From Bacillales bacterium (lineage in GTDB: Bacteria; Bacillota_I; Bacilli_A; RF39; UBA660): DNA of 40,557 nt. How positions within the stretch are numbered: position 1 is the first letter of the stretch; every line of letters begins with the position of its first letter. The notes under the pieces are model-generated. The model ran no database searches. It had not been told where the DNA came from and saw only the letters and a program-made list of their open reading frames with translations. The stretch covers positions 1 to 40,557 of the forward strand of contig JAEEKO010000002.1 of NCBI GenBank assembly GCA_016282415.1. Direction: 5' to 3'. A program made the translations under genes and the position numbers. Below are positions 9,523-17,384 of the stretch, piece after piece.

Positions 9523-9544
9523 ATTATATAATCCTAAAATCTAA

Positions 9545-9775
9545 TTATTCTAATGGATTACCATTAGCGTCAGTAGAAATAGAACCACAAAGAATCATGA
9601 TACCTTCAATGAATCCCCAAAGGCCACCACATCCACAAGTTACTAAAGTAACAACGATTTGGATGATACCTCTAGTAGTATTTCCTAAATAGAAATTATG
9701 GATTCCCCAAGCACCTAAGAAAATACCTAATAATCCAGCAGCCATTTTAGACTTTGCATTACCGTTTTCAGCCAT
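9545..9775 (-). CDS. TM2 domain-containing small membrane protein
   Basis: 76 aa. GLLGIFLGAWGIHNFYLGNTTRGIIQIV is the typical TM2 two-helix pattern. Confidence 0.75.
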   Translation of the reverse strand: MAENGNAKSKMAAGLLGIFLGAWGIHNFYLGNTTRGIIQIVVTLVTCGCGGLWGFIEGIMILCGSISTDANGNPLE

Positions 9776-9857
9776 GATTACACACTCCTTCTATAAAAAA
9801 TATATCATATTTAATATGTAGTGTAAATAAAAAAAATAGTCAATTTTGTAAAATAAA

Positions 9858-9890
9858 TGAAAAAAACTAATTATTGTTCATAATTAGTTT
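9858..9890 (-). terminator. Terminator whose stem contains the last codons of the 236-aa ORF
   Basis: 11-bp stem AAACTAATTAT / ATAATTAGTTT with loop TGTTC and a T-run on the minus strand. The stop codon 9871..9873 lies inside the stem. Confidence 0.65.
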
Positions 9891-10581
9891 TTGGGCTTAA
9901 ATTTTTCGCAACATTTTCTGAGCCAAAGCACATGACAATCCATTCATCAAATGGAACTTTTTTAACATGATAATTAGAATAAAAATCATCAGGTTGACTT
10001 ATTTTATCCTTATTAGCAATGATGTTTAAAGCACTTACCGAAAGGGCGTTTAAATCATCTAATCTAATTGATGAAGTAAAAGAAACTTTAAATAAATCAT
10101 CATAGGAAGGATTATATCCTAAATAATAACTTATTATTGAAATGGCATCGATACAACCACGATATAATTTTGATCCGTTAAATTCTTCGGCATCAAATCC
10201 AAGTGCATTTTGAAAATCACTTGGGAAGGTTTTTAAACCTTGAGAACCTTTTTTAGTCACAATTTGTTCCATTGTATTAATCGCATTTATTACATAATCG
10301 TGAACACTACCTGAATCTTGAAGTATATAATTTTCAAGAAGTAAACCTACCATTTTAATATATCCTAATAATTTCGTTTGTGTATTAACTTGAAAATCTT
10401 CCGCAACCGTATCATTTACCCTTAATTCACTTGAATTACCTTGATTAGTAGTAATAATTTCAATTTGATTAGATAACAATATTAATTGTCTTAATGTTAA
10501 ATCTTGAAATGGATATGGTAAAGTTTTAGCTATTTCCAAATCCACTTTAGCTAATAACCCCTGTAATTTCTTTTGTTCCAT
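9871..10581 (-). CDS. Hypothetical protein, 236 aa
   Basis: ATG with an AGGGGG RBS, 36 nt downstream of pepC. No motif recognised. Confidence 0.55.
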   Translation of the reverse strand: MEQKKLQGLLAKVDLEIAKTLPYPFQDLTLRQLILLSNQIEIITTNQGNSSELRVNDTVAEDFQVNTQTKLLGYIKMVGLLLENYILQDSGSVHDYVINAINTMEQIVTKKGSQGLKTFPSDFQNALGFDAEEFNGSKLYRGCIDAISIISYYLGYNPSYDDLFKVSFTSSIRLDDLNALSVSALNIIANKDKISQPDDFYSNYHVKKVPFDEWIVMCFGSENVAKNLSPKTNYEQ

Positions 10582-10617
10582 AATAATCCCCCTAAAACAT
10601 TCGCTATAATAACTTAT

Positions 10618-11907
10618 TTAGAACTTAAAATCAAGGTCATTATATCTAATAACTGGGTTTTTAAGCATTTCTTTTTGTTCTTTAGTTAAATACTTCTTAT
10701 TAACATAAGCTTTAAATAAGTAAGTATTTACCCATTCTGGTGATGCTGTGTAATAACCATTATTACCTTTTTTACTACCATAACTATTTTCTATTTTATA
10801 TTTAGTTATTTCACCATCAACCATATTATAACCAGTGATAACCATAGCATGACAACTAGGTATTTCCACTGTTTTTAATATTTCATTACGACTTAAAGTT
10901 AAATCAATATCTAATAACTCACCATATTTTTTAAAAATATCTACAAACTTACCAGTATATACTGTAGGTGTTACAATTGAAGAATTATAAACTAATTCAC
11001 CACCAATTAATTGACGATCGATAGCAGCTTTAAAATCTTCAGGACTTAAATTTAACATTCTAATATTAGGAGTACCAATAACACGGGCACTTCTAATTCC
11101 TTCATAAACATTATTGTATTCAAAACGTTCATCTTGATATGATGCTATTTCAACATAATCTTTAACTAAATCAACTTTAACATAATCTTTATAAAAAGAA
11201 ACTGGTGTTAAATCTTTAATAATATGATATTTATTATTCTTATCAACATATTCATAATTAAACTTCTTTGGTGGAATTCCAAATAAATCTGTAACTATCT
11301 TTAAAGCATAATCAATATATTTATCTTTAAGTTTATCAACTTCTTTTGGATTCTTTTCTAATTCCAAATAGAACTTACGAGCTAATCGTGAAAGAATTGC
11401 TCTTGCTTCATTAGTATTAGTAGTTGCAAAAGAATCTGGGAATACAGTTTTTGGCACTACTCCATATTTCTTAATTAATTCTGCAAAGTTAAGTGCAAAA
11501 CTACCATCACCGACAGCTATATCTAAGTAATAAACCATATTACGATCATAAGCATCTTTACCTTCATTATGTAATTCGATTAATCGATCTAATAAAGTAT
11601 TAAAACGTTCTAACTTATCATAATAAGCTAAATAACTTATTGAGAATTCAAAGTTACTTAATTCGAGATTTTTAATTACTTCTTCTCTTAAAATATTAAA
11701 GCCAGCAAACATCCAGCAATAACCCGTAATTTGTTGATCAGTAATACCATGGGTTTTAAATTCATTACTGAATACATTATTATCGCCAGTACTAGCATCT
11801 TGAACTAAATCAACTAACTTAACTGTATGAAAAATTCTTCTTTTTACTTCATTATTATTTGCAATATACTCTTTTTGAAATTTTTCTATTTTTTTAACAT
11901 CCAACAT
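10618..11907 (-). CDS. pepC: Aminopeptidase C / bleomycin-hydrolase-like cysteine peptidase (C1B)
   Basis: 429 aa, no signal peptide. Catalytic Cys context QQITGYCWMFAGFN, His in CHAMVITGY, Asn region KIENSYG. Confidence 0.85.
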   Translation of the reverse strand: MLDVKKIEKFQKEYIANNNEVKRRIFHTVKLVDLVQDASTGDNNVFSNEFKTHGITDQQITGYCWMFAGFNILREEVIKNLELSNFEFSISYLAYYDKLERFNTLLDRLIELHNEGKDAYDRNMVYYLDIAVGDGSFALNFAELIKKYGVVPKTVFPDSFATTNTNEARAILSRLARKFYLELEKNPKEVDKLKDKYIDYALKIVTDLFGIPPKKFNYEYVDKNNKYHIIKDLTPVSFYKDYVKVDLVKDYVEIASYQDERFEYNNVYEGIRSARVIGTPNIRMLNLSPEDFKAAIDRQLIGGELVYNSSIVTPTVYTGKFVDIFKKYGELLDIDLTLSRNEILKTVEIPSCHAMVITGYNMVDGEITKYKIENSYGSKKGNNGYYTASPEWVNTYLFKAYVNKKYLTKEQKEMLKNPVIRYNDLDFKF

Positions 11908-12621
11908 CTATTCCACCTCTTCTATTAATTTAGCGTGTAATACCACTCTTTTAGTATTATTACCAATACAACTTGATAAAGTTATTATTTGTTTTGTATT
12001 CGTTACATCAACATTGTAATTATATTTAGATCTTAATTTTAATTTTTTTATAAACTCTTGATAATCACCATCATTAAAACTAGTTTTTAAATAATAATCT
12101 TCTGTTTCAATCTCGTATACTGAAAAAACTTCATAAAGATAAGTACCATTTTCGGTAATTAAGGTTATTTTACCATTCCAGTCTTTTTTTAATACTGTTG
12201 GTAAGGTTCCAAACATCGAACCATCACGCATATTATGACCATAGACTATAACGTTTTTATCATTACCATCAAGCTTATTTCGATAATCTATAAAGATCCA
12301 ACCAGCACGGTTTTTATTTTTATCAAAATTATGACTTAAATAATAGTCATTATTAGTTGTTTTTAAGGTTACATAGTCAATATTAGTACCATCAACGCTT
12401 AAATACCCAGCTACATCACTATTACGTTCTTTTAGGGCTTTAAAATCGATTTTATAAGCACTATCTTCCTCTTTGATTACTAACTTATTTATTTCCTTTT
12501 TTAATTTATTATTAGTATTAGTATCTACTTTCCACATCACAATATTAAATGATGCATAACCAATACCAATTAAAGATGCTACAAATAATAAAAGCGCCCC
12601 AATATTTTTAAGTTTTTTCAT
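11908..12621 (-). CDS. srtB: Class B sortase
   Basis: N-terminal TM anchor. VIVYGHNMRDGSMFGTL and TLSSC catalytic motifs. DYYLSHNFDKNKN region typical of SrtB. Confidence 0.85.
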   Translation of the reverse strand: MKKLKNIGALLLFVASLIGIGYASFNIVMWKVDTNTNNKLKKEINKLVIKEEDSAYKIDFKALKERNSDVAGYLSVDGTNIDYVTLKTTNNDYYLSHNFDKNKNRAGWIFIDYRNKLDGNDKNVIVYGHNMRDGSMFGTLPTVLKKDWNGKITLITENGTYLYEVFSVYEIETEDYYLKTSFNDGDYQEFIKKLKLRSKYNYNVDVTNTKQIITLSSCIGNNTKRVVLHAKLIEEVE

Positions 12622-12864
12622 ATTTCCATCACTAATTTAATTATACAATAAAAGACAAGAATGGTTAATTATTATCTTGTCTCTTTACACTGTTACTATA
12701 AATTAATTCATTATCATGCCATTCTCATTCAGTATAATCAACCCAGCTATTATTTTGTCGTTCAACCGCTAACTGCATTCCAAGAACTTCGTAATCTTGC
12801 TTTTTATCATCACTGTTTTTCCTTCTTTTCGCTGTTAGTTAATTATTCTAACATAAACTTTTTC

Positions 12865-12893
12865 AAAAAAAAAGTAGGATTTTTCATCCTACT
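12865..12893 (-). terminator. Terminator after the NPKTG surface-protein gene
   Basis: Stem AGTAGGAT / ATCCTACT with loop TTTTC, then T9 on the minus strand. The stop codon 12889..12891 lies inside the stem. Confidence 0.7.
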
Positions 12894-13002
12894 TACTATT
12901 TAAATTATTTTTTTTAAGAAATAATCCCGTACTAATTAATCCAACAACACTTAATATTAAAATACCTACATATAATAGGACACTATCACCAGTTTTTGGA
13001 TT
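12889..13002 (-). other. Cell-wall sorting signal (NPKTG codons at 12988..13002, plus TM segment and basic tail)
   Basis: The minus strand reads AAT AAT CCA AAA ACT GGT directly. Confidence 0.8.
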
Positions 13003-13851
13003 ATTAGTAGTAGTTGGTGCTACATCAGCAGCTTCCTCAACTACATTACCAACAACCGCATATTCACTTAAATGATCTAAAGTACCTTCTAAATATTCAC
13101 CATTTACTTTAAATTCAATAGGTGTTTGTGTTTTGAAATTATCATTAGTATCTACATAAATGAACTTAAATGAATTATATTTTTTCATTTCATCAGTCAT
13201 TTTAATTTTGATATTGAATGGTCCTTCATGAATTAAGAAACCATTTTCATCTTCAACCTCTATTTGAAGGAATGCTAATAAAGTTCCTTCACCTTTAACC
13301 GCATTATTTATGCCGTTAAACATAGCATCATACAAATCCTTAGGAATACCTAAATCATTTAAAGCAACATCATTTAATCCATAGAAGTCCATAATATTTA
13401 ATTTAAAGGTATGTCCATTTTCTTCTTTAAAAGACACTGAGTTACCATTATCATCCGTAACCGCATAGTCTTTATCTTTTACTACTTCATGTTGTCCTGG
13501 ATCTTGTGGTCCCTGATCAATTACTGGTGCATTACAAGCTGGAATAACAACATTACTTAATTTCTTTTCGTTTTCCCCAGCTTCATTTGATACCGTAATA
13601 TTAATTATTGTTTCATTTTCATAACCTAAAACAAATTCAACACTATAACTACCATTATTTATTTCACCAGTTTTGAAACCAATGTCAGCATTATGGTCAT
13701 CAAATAATGATACCGTAGCATCATGCCCAGTTTGAGAACCACTTACTGTTAAAACACAACTTTCGTTGTTAAAATTGGTATTTACATCAGCAGCACTAAC
13801 GATCATTGGTGCTAGTAATAACAATGGAGTTAAATATAATAATTTTTTCAT
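12889..13851 (-). CDS. Cell-wall-anchored surface protein with a SrtB-type NPKTG sorting signal
   Basis: Signal peptide MKKLLYLTPLLLLAPMIVSA. C-terminus NPKTG-DSVLLYVGILILSVVGLISTGLFL-KKNN (motif, hydrophobic segment, basic tail). Confidence 0.8.
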   Translation of the reverse strand: MKKLLYLTPLLLLAPMIVSAADVNTNFNNESCVLTVSGSQTGHDATVSLFDDHNADIGFKTGEINNGSYSVEFVLGYENETIINITVSNEAGENEKKLSNVVIPACNAPVIDQGPQDPGQHEVVKDKDYAVTDDNGNSVSFKEENGHTFKLNIMDFYGLNDVALNDLGIPKDLYDAMFNGINNAVKGEGTLLAFLQIEVEDENGFLIHEGPFNIKIKMTDEMKKYNSFKFIYVDTNDNFKTQTPIEFKVNGEYLEGTLDHLSEYAVVGNVVEEAADVAPTTTNNPKTGDSVLLYVGILILSVVGLISTGLFLKKNNLNSK

Positions 13852-15743
13852 TATTCGCCACCTCCATTATCATTGTTAGGCGCCGGTTCCATTGGCGTTC
13901 TAATTTCTAACACTTTACCTTCCCCAATACCATAAGTTAATGATGGTATTTCATTCTCATTAATTTCACCATTTACTAAGAATAAAGCAATTTTCTTAAT
14001 ATTTTTAGCATCAGCATTTTCTTTATCAATTAAAACAATTTGATGCATTATTGCGGCATTATCAATAAATGAGAAATAATCTAATTGTTTAATTGGAATT
14101 TGATGTGAATTATCAAATCTAATATAATCACGATCAACTACTGTATTTAATGTTCTATTTCCAAAATAGTCATTGAAATGTTCAGCAGTAACATAACCTT
14201 CATTTAATACATCACTATTTAAATCAAATACTTTAGTACCTACAATCATACCAGTATTATCATAGAATAATGCTAAAGCATATGGTGTGAAGTTTTTATT
14301 ACGTTCATATCCGTTTTCGGATTGATTCCAATTACCTAAACTAATTTCATCATCATTCATTGAATCAACTACCATAATTGAATTAAGTTGATCTTCAGAA
14401 TTATCTTCAGTATAGAAAGCAGATAATACACCACGATATTGAACAGAATAGAATCTACCAGCATCACATGTATTATTGTTGTTTGCTTCTTGGCAATTTC
14501 TTCCATCAGCATCTACTTCAATAAGTTCACCGCTGAATGCAAAACGATTAATTTTTATTTTTACACTATCTTCAAAAATATTATTACCATTATTAGTTAA
14601 TGTTAATTCAACTACCATTTCATTTTGATAGAAAGAACTAAATGTAATTTCTAATGTTCCAATATTTTCATCATAAGAAGCAGTATAACCATAACCAGAT
14701 CCAGTAACATCATCAAATTCTAATACTGGTCCACAGTTATTTACTTTATTATCATTAATAATTTCATTTGGTACTTTATTATATAACGTTAATACTTTAG
14801 TACCATAGAATAATTCTTCAATTTCATCTTCTAAACTATATGGGTTAAATCCAATAGTTAAGTCTTGATCATTAAAATTATTAACGTCCCCTTCTCCATC
14901 AAATCCAGCATAATTTGGAACAAACACTTTTACATTATTATATCCAAATAATAAACTACCAATAGATAATTCTTTGAAGTCTTTATGAATTACAACATAA
15001 CATGCTAATGCATCATCATCACAAGCAGTTGTAAATAAATTATCATTACGACCATCCGCAAAAGTTACTGCTTCAGCTCGCATTTCTTTAAATAAATCAT
15101 AGTTATCTTGATTAAATTGGAAGATTAAAGCACCACCATTATTCATCATTGATTCTGGTAATACTAAATCACCATCCATATAATCTTCAACTAAAATTTG
15201 TGATTCACTATAGTTATTGGTATTAAATAAGCTTTGATTATCATATTGATTACCAGTGTAATTCATATATGAAATGTTAATTTTATCTTTTTTAGCATAT
15301 TCAATATTAACTTCTACCTTATTTTGTTCAGTAGCATTTTCTGGAATAAAGAATTCATAGATATTATCATCATGGAAATCAGCCATAGATGAGAATGTCT
15401 TTTCTCTAAAGAATGCTCCTTGTTCTGAACCAGCAATGAATCCTAAAACTAGGTCAACATCGTTAAATTTAACAGTGAAGTTTTTAACATAGTACCCAGC
15501 CTCACTACTTAGGGTAATGCGAGCTATGTAATTACTCTTTTCTACTCCTGGACTAGTAAAAACATCATCCGGATTCAAATCACTAACGTTCAAATCGTAG
15601 TAGCCATGGCTCACCTCACCACTTTTTGTAACATTTATCAAGTCTTCAGGATGTTCAGTATTTAAAGCATAGACATGGAGAAACGTAATAAAACCTGCAA
15701 CACCCAACAGAATAAATAAAAAATTCCTTATTTTCTTCTTCAT
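13851..15743 (-). CDS. Secreted protein, 630 aa, no sorting signal
   Basis: Signal peptide MKKKIRNFLFILLGVAGFITFLHVYA. The stop overlaps the start of the downstream gene (TAATG). The C-terminal codons NGGGE form that gene's GGAGGTGG RBS. Confidence 0.7.
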   Translation of the reverse strand: MKKKIRNFLFILLGVAGFITFLHVYALNTEHPEDLINVTKSGEVSHGYYDLNVSDLNPDDVFTSPGVEKSNYIARITLSSEAGYYVKNFTVKFNDVDLVLGFIAGSEQGAFFREKTFSSMADFHDDNIYEFFIPENATEQNKVEVNIEYAKKDKINISYMNYTGNQYDNQSLFNTNNYSESQILVEDYMDGDLVLPESMMNNGGALIFQFNQDNYDLFKEMRAEAVTFADGRNDNLFTTACDDDALACYVVIHKDFKELSIGSLLFGYNNVKVFVPNYAGFDGEGDVNNFNDQDLTIGFNPYSLEDEIEELFYGTKVLTLYNKVPNEIINDNKVNNCGPVLEFDDVTGSGYGYTASYDENIGTLEITFSSFYQNEMVVELTLTNNGNNIFEDSVKIKINRFAFSGELIEVDADGRNCQEANNNNTCDAGRFYSVQYRGVLSAFYTEDNSEDQLNSIMVVDSMNDDEISLGNWNQSENGYERNKNFTPYALALFYDNTGMIVGTKVFDLNSDVLNEGYVTAEHFNDYFGNRTLNTVVDRDYIRFDNSHQIPIKQLDYFSFIDNAAIMHQIVLIDKENADAKNIKKIALFLVNGEINENEIPSLTYGIGEGKVLEIRTPMEPAPNNDNGGGE

Positions 15744-15766
15744 ATTACTCTCCTATTCTTACGATA

Positions 15767-15793
15767 ATTATAACATGAATATATTAATGTCAA
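15767..15793 (-). promoter_or_regulatory. Promoter of the 630-aa/320-aa surface-protein operon
   Basis: TTGACA (15793..15788), 15-nt spacer, extended -10 TGTTATAAT (-10 at 15772..15767). Confidence 0.5.
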
Positions 15794-15799
15794 TAAAAA

Positions 15800-15836
15800 A
15801 ATAACAACAAAAAACACCTAGTATACACTAAGTGTC
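15800..15836 (-). terminator. Terminator after the kinase-like gene
   Basis: Stem ACACTTAGT / ACTAGGTGT on the minus strand. The single imperfect position is a G-U pair only in the minus-strand RNA. Followed by a T-rich run. Confidence 0.6.
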
Positions 15837-15846
15837 AAGTAAATAA

Positions 15847-16662
15847 TTAATGTCTAATAAAACTATATAATCTTTGAACTAGAGTTACTTGTTTAGCACG
15901 GTCAATTAAAAATTCATCAGAATCATCAATTATTTCATCCAAATAAGGAATATCAGGAATTGGTCTATTCTTATCAGCTAAGATTTCTGCATATAATTTG
16001 GCATTTTCTAAAGATTTTAAGTTATTAGCTAAATAAGCATAACGTTTATCAGTCATTTTTTGAACTTCGCGATAATACATTAAATAAAACATTGAAAGCA
16101 TCATTGATAAACGATCTAAGTTTCTAGATATAACAACTAATTCACCACGATAATCAATCATATATTCTTTTAATAGCATTGATATACACTCCGAACGAAA
16201 TGGTTTATAATAGCAACCATCGATATCACAAAACATTATTTGTTGATCTTGATTAATTAAAATATTATCAAAAGATAGGTCTTGAAAGATAATTCCTTGA
16301 TCATGAATATCTCTTAAAATTAAACTAGCCTTTTTAATAGCATTAAGCATATCTTTACTTTCAACAAAACGGGTTCTAGAAAAATAATCATTTAAACTAA
16401 GAGAATTATCAAAACGAGGCATTACATAGCCACGTAATTGATTTTCTTCTATAATTAAAGCCGTAGGCATTAAAACCCTATCTAATTTAATATCCTGCAT
16501 CGCCATTAGCTTTTGATATAACATATTTTCATCAAAATTATCCATTTTTTTAAAAATTTTATAACATTGGTCATCAGAATGATAAATTGTACTTAATGTT
16601 CCTTGAAAGCGATTTGTTTTTAAAGAACTAAAATCAATATCTTTTATATTAATCTTTTCCAT
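15847..16662 (-). CDS. Protein-kinase-like fold protein (atypical, orphan)
   Basis: 271 aa. Beta3-like Lys in CYKIFKK, catalytic-loop-like IIFQDLSFDNILIN (D-x4-N, lacking the His of HxD), DFG-like FCDIDG. Confidence 0.55.
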   Translation of the reverse strand: MEKINIKDIDFSSLKTNRFQGTLSTIYHSDDQCYKIFKKMDNFDENMLYQKLMAMQDIKLDRVLMPTALIIEENQLRGYVMPRFDNSLSLNDYFSRTRFVESKDMLNAIKKASLILRDIHDQGIIFQDLSFDNILINQDQQIMFCDIDGCYYKPFRSECISMLLKEYMIDYRGELVVISRNLDRLSMMLSMFYLMYYREVQKMTDKRYAYLANNLKSLENAKLYAEILADKNRPIPDIPYLDEIIDDSDEFLIDRAKQVTLVQRLYSFIRH

Positions 16663-16723
16663 ATTCCATAACCCCTTTGATTGCGGAATATATTAACACA
16701 ATTATATAAAGATTGCAAACAAT

Positions 16724-16750
16724 ATAAAAAAGACCTAATGGTCTTAAAAA
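16724..16750 (-). terminator. Terminator after ssrA
   Basis: Short stem AAGACC / GGTCTT with loop ATTA (as read on the minus strand), followed by TTTT on the minus strand. Confidence 0.5.
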
Positions 16751-16756
16751 TCTCAA

Positions 16757-17113
16757 TGGTGGAGCAGAGGAGAATTGAACTCCTGTCCAAACTACATGAT
16801 CATACAACGTTTACAAGTTTGACTAGAATTTAATCTTACTTATTAACCGGATCTAGTGCACCTATTAATAAGCTAGTTTAGATAAAAATTCATTATTTAA
16901 CTCTAAACGATTAAATAATATAACCCTTGTGAATGATCCTCAGTAATTCCCCAAAGGTATAGGAATTAAAGAAGAGCTCCAAGCCTTATATTAGGCAAAA
17001 GAAGGAGCAAAAGCAATATTTCTATTGTCGTTTATATTTAAAAAATAGATTTAAAGTATCCCTACTACTTGTGGTCATATGTCACCATAGCCTGTCGAAA
17101 CCAAGTCTGCCCC
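16757..17113 (-). ncRNA. ssrA: tmRNA (SsrA)
   Basis: 5' GGGGCAGACTTGGTTTCGACAGG pairs with 3' ...CTGCTCCACCA and includes the G3-U70 alanine identity pair. T-arm AGGAG-TTCAATT-CTCCT. Internal tag ORF ends ...NRNIAFAPSFA-TAA. Confidence 0.9.
16991..17032 (-). other. tmRNA tag reading frame (resume codon not determined)
   Basis: AAC GAC AAT AGA AAT ATT GCT TTT GCT CCT TCT TTT GCC TAA. The other two frames carry stops here. Confidence 0.6.
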
Positions 17114-17126
17114 ATATGTGTTTTAA

Positions 17127-17155
17127 ATAATAGCATAAAAAAGGTAAATTTTCAA
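17127..17155 (-). promoter_or_regulatory. ssrA promoter
   Basis: TTGAAA (17155..17150), 17-nt spacer, TATTAT (17132..17127), 13 nt upstream of the mature 5' end. Confidence 0.55.
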
Positions 17156-17181
17156 TATTCCAAAAAACCAAGCCATGCATA

Positions 17182-17210
17182 TTGACAAATTTGTGTAAAT
17201 ATGGTATATT
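17182..17210 (+). promoter_or_regulatory. Promoter P1 (TTGACA-17-TATATT, with TGG directly upstream of the -10)
   Basis: Perfect -35 at 17182..17187 and -10 at 17205..17210. Confidence 0.5.
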
Positions 17211-17244
17211 TATGTCATCAGTTAAGTAAAGTAGGCTGACACAT

Positions 17245-17285
17245 ATTTACGACATATTGCTAACACTTGACAAAATGTCGTAAAT
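17245..17285 (+). promoter_or_regulatory. 11-bp perfect inverted repeat bracketing the P2 -35 (candidate operator or RNA hairpin)
   Basis: ATTTACGACAT (17245..17255) and ATGTCGTAAAT (17275..17285). The 19-nt spacer contains TTGACA of P2. Confidence 0.45.
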
Positions 17286-17295
17286 GTGATATGAT
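17267..17295 (+). promoter_or_regulatory. Promoter P2 (TTGACA-17-TATGAT)
   Basis: Perfect -35 at 17267..17272 and -10 at 17290..17295. Confidence 0.5.
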
Positions 17296-17355
17296 TAAGT
17301 TGTTAGTGAATAAGGGGTTTGGCTGACACGTGTATTATTAGTAAAAACTTGCGTC

Positions 17356-17384
17356 TTGACATCATTATATATATGTGTTATTAT
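17356..17384 (+). promoter_or_regulatory. Promoter P3 (TTGACA-17-TATTAT)
   Basis: Perfect -35 at 17356..17361 and -10 at 17379..17384, about 30 nt upstream of the lipoprotein ATG. Confidence 0.55.

Noticed and set aside
9338-9544. T-box riboswitch upstream of trpS
   Set aside because: Expected for a Firmicute aaRS gene, but the leader is too short (~150 nt). I find neither the conserved T-box 14-mer nor specifier or antiterminator helices.
12622-12888. c-di-GMP riboswitch controlling the sortase or surface-protein genes, as in Clostridioides difficile
   Set aside because: The core motifs of GEMM-I/II that I remember (GCAAACC, ACGCAC and GC-rich helices) are absent. The region is very AT-rich.
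12661-12903. 80-aa plus-strand ORF in the srtB leader region
   Set aside because: No RBS, aromatic-rich nonsense composition, and it reads through the minus-strand terminator. The region is treated as non-coding leader (see findings).
9871-17113. Genomic island integrated at the 3' end of ssrA
   Set aside because: tmRNA genes are common integration sites and accessory genes lie downstream. However, there is no integrase, and I could find no direct repeat of the ssrA 3' end (GGAGTTCAATTCTCC...) in the downstream 7 kb.
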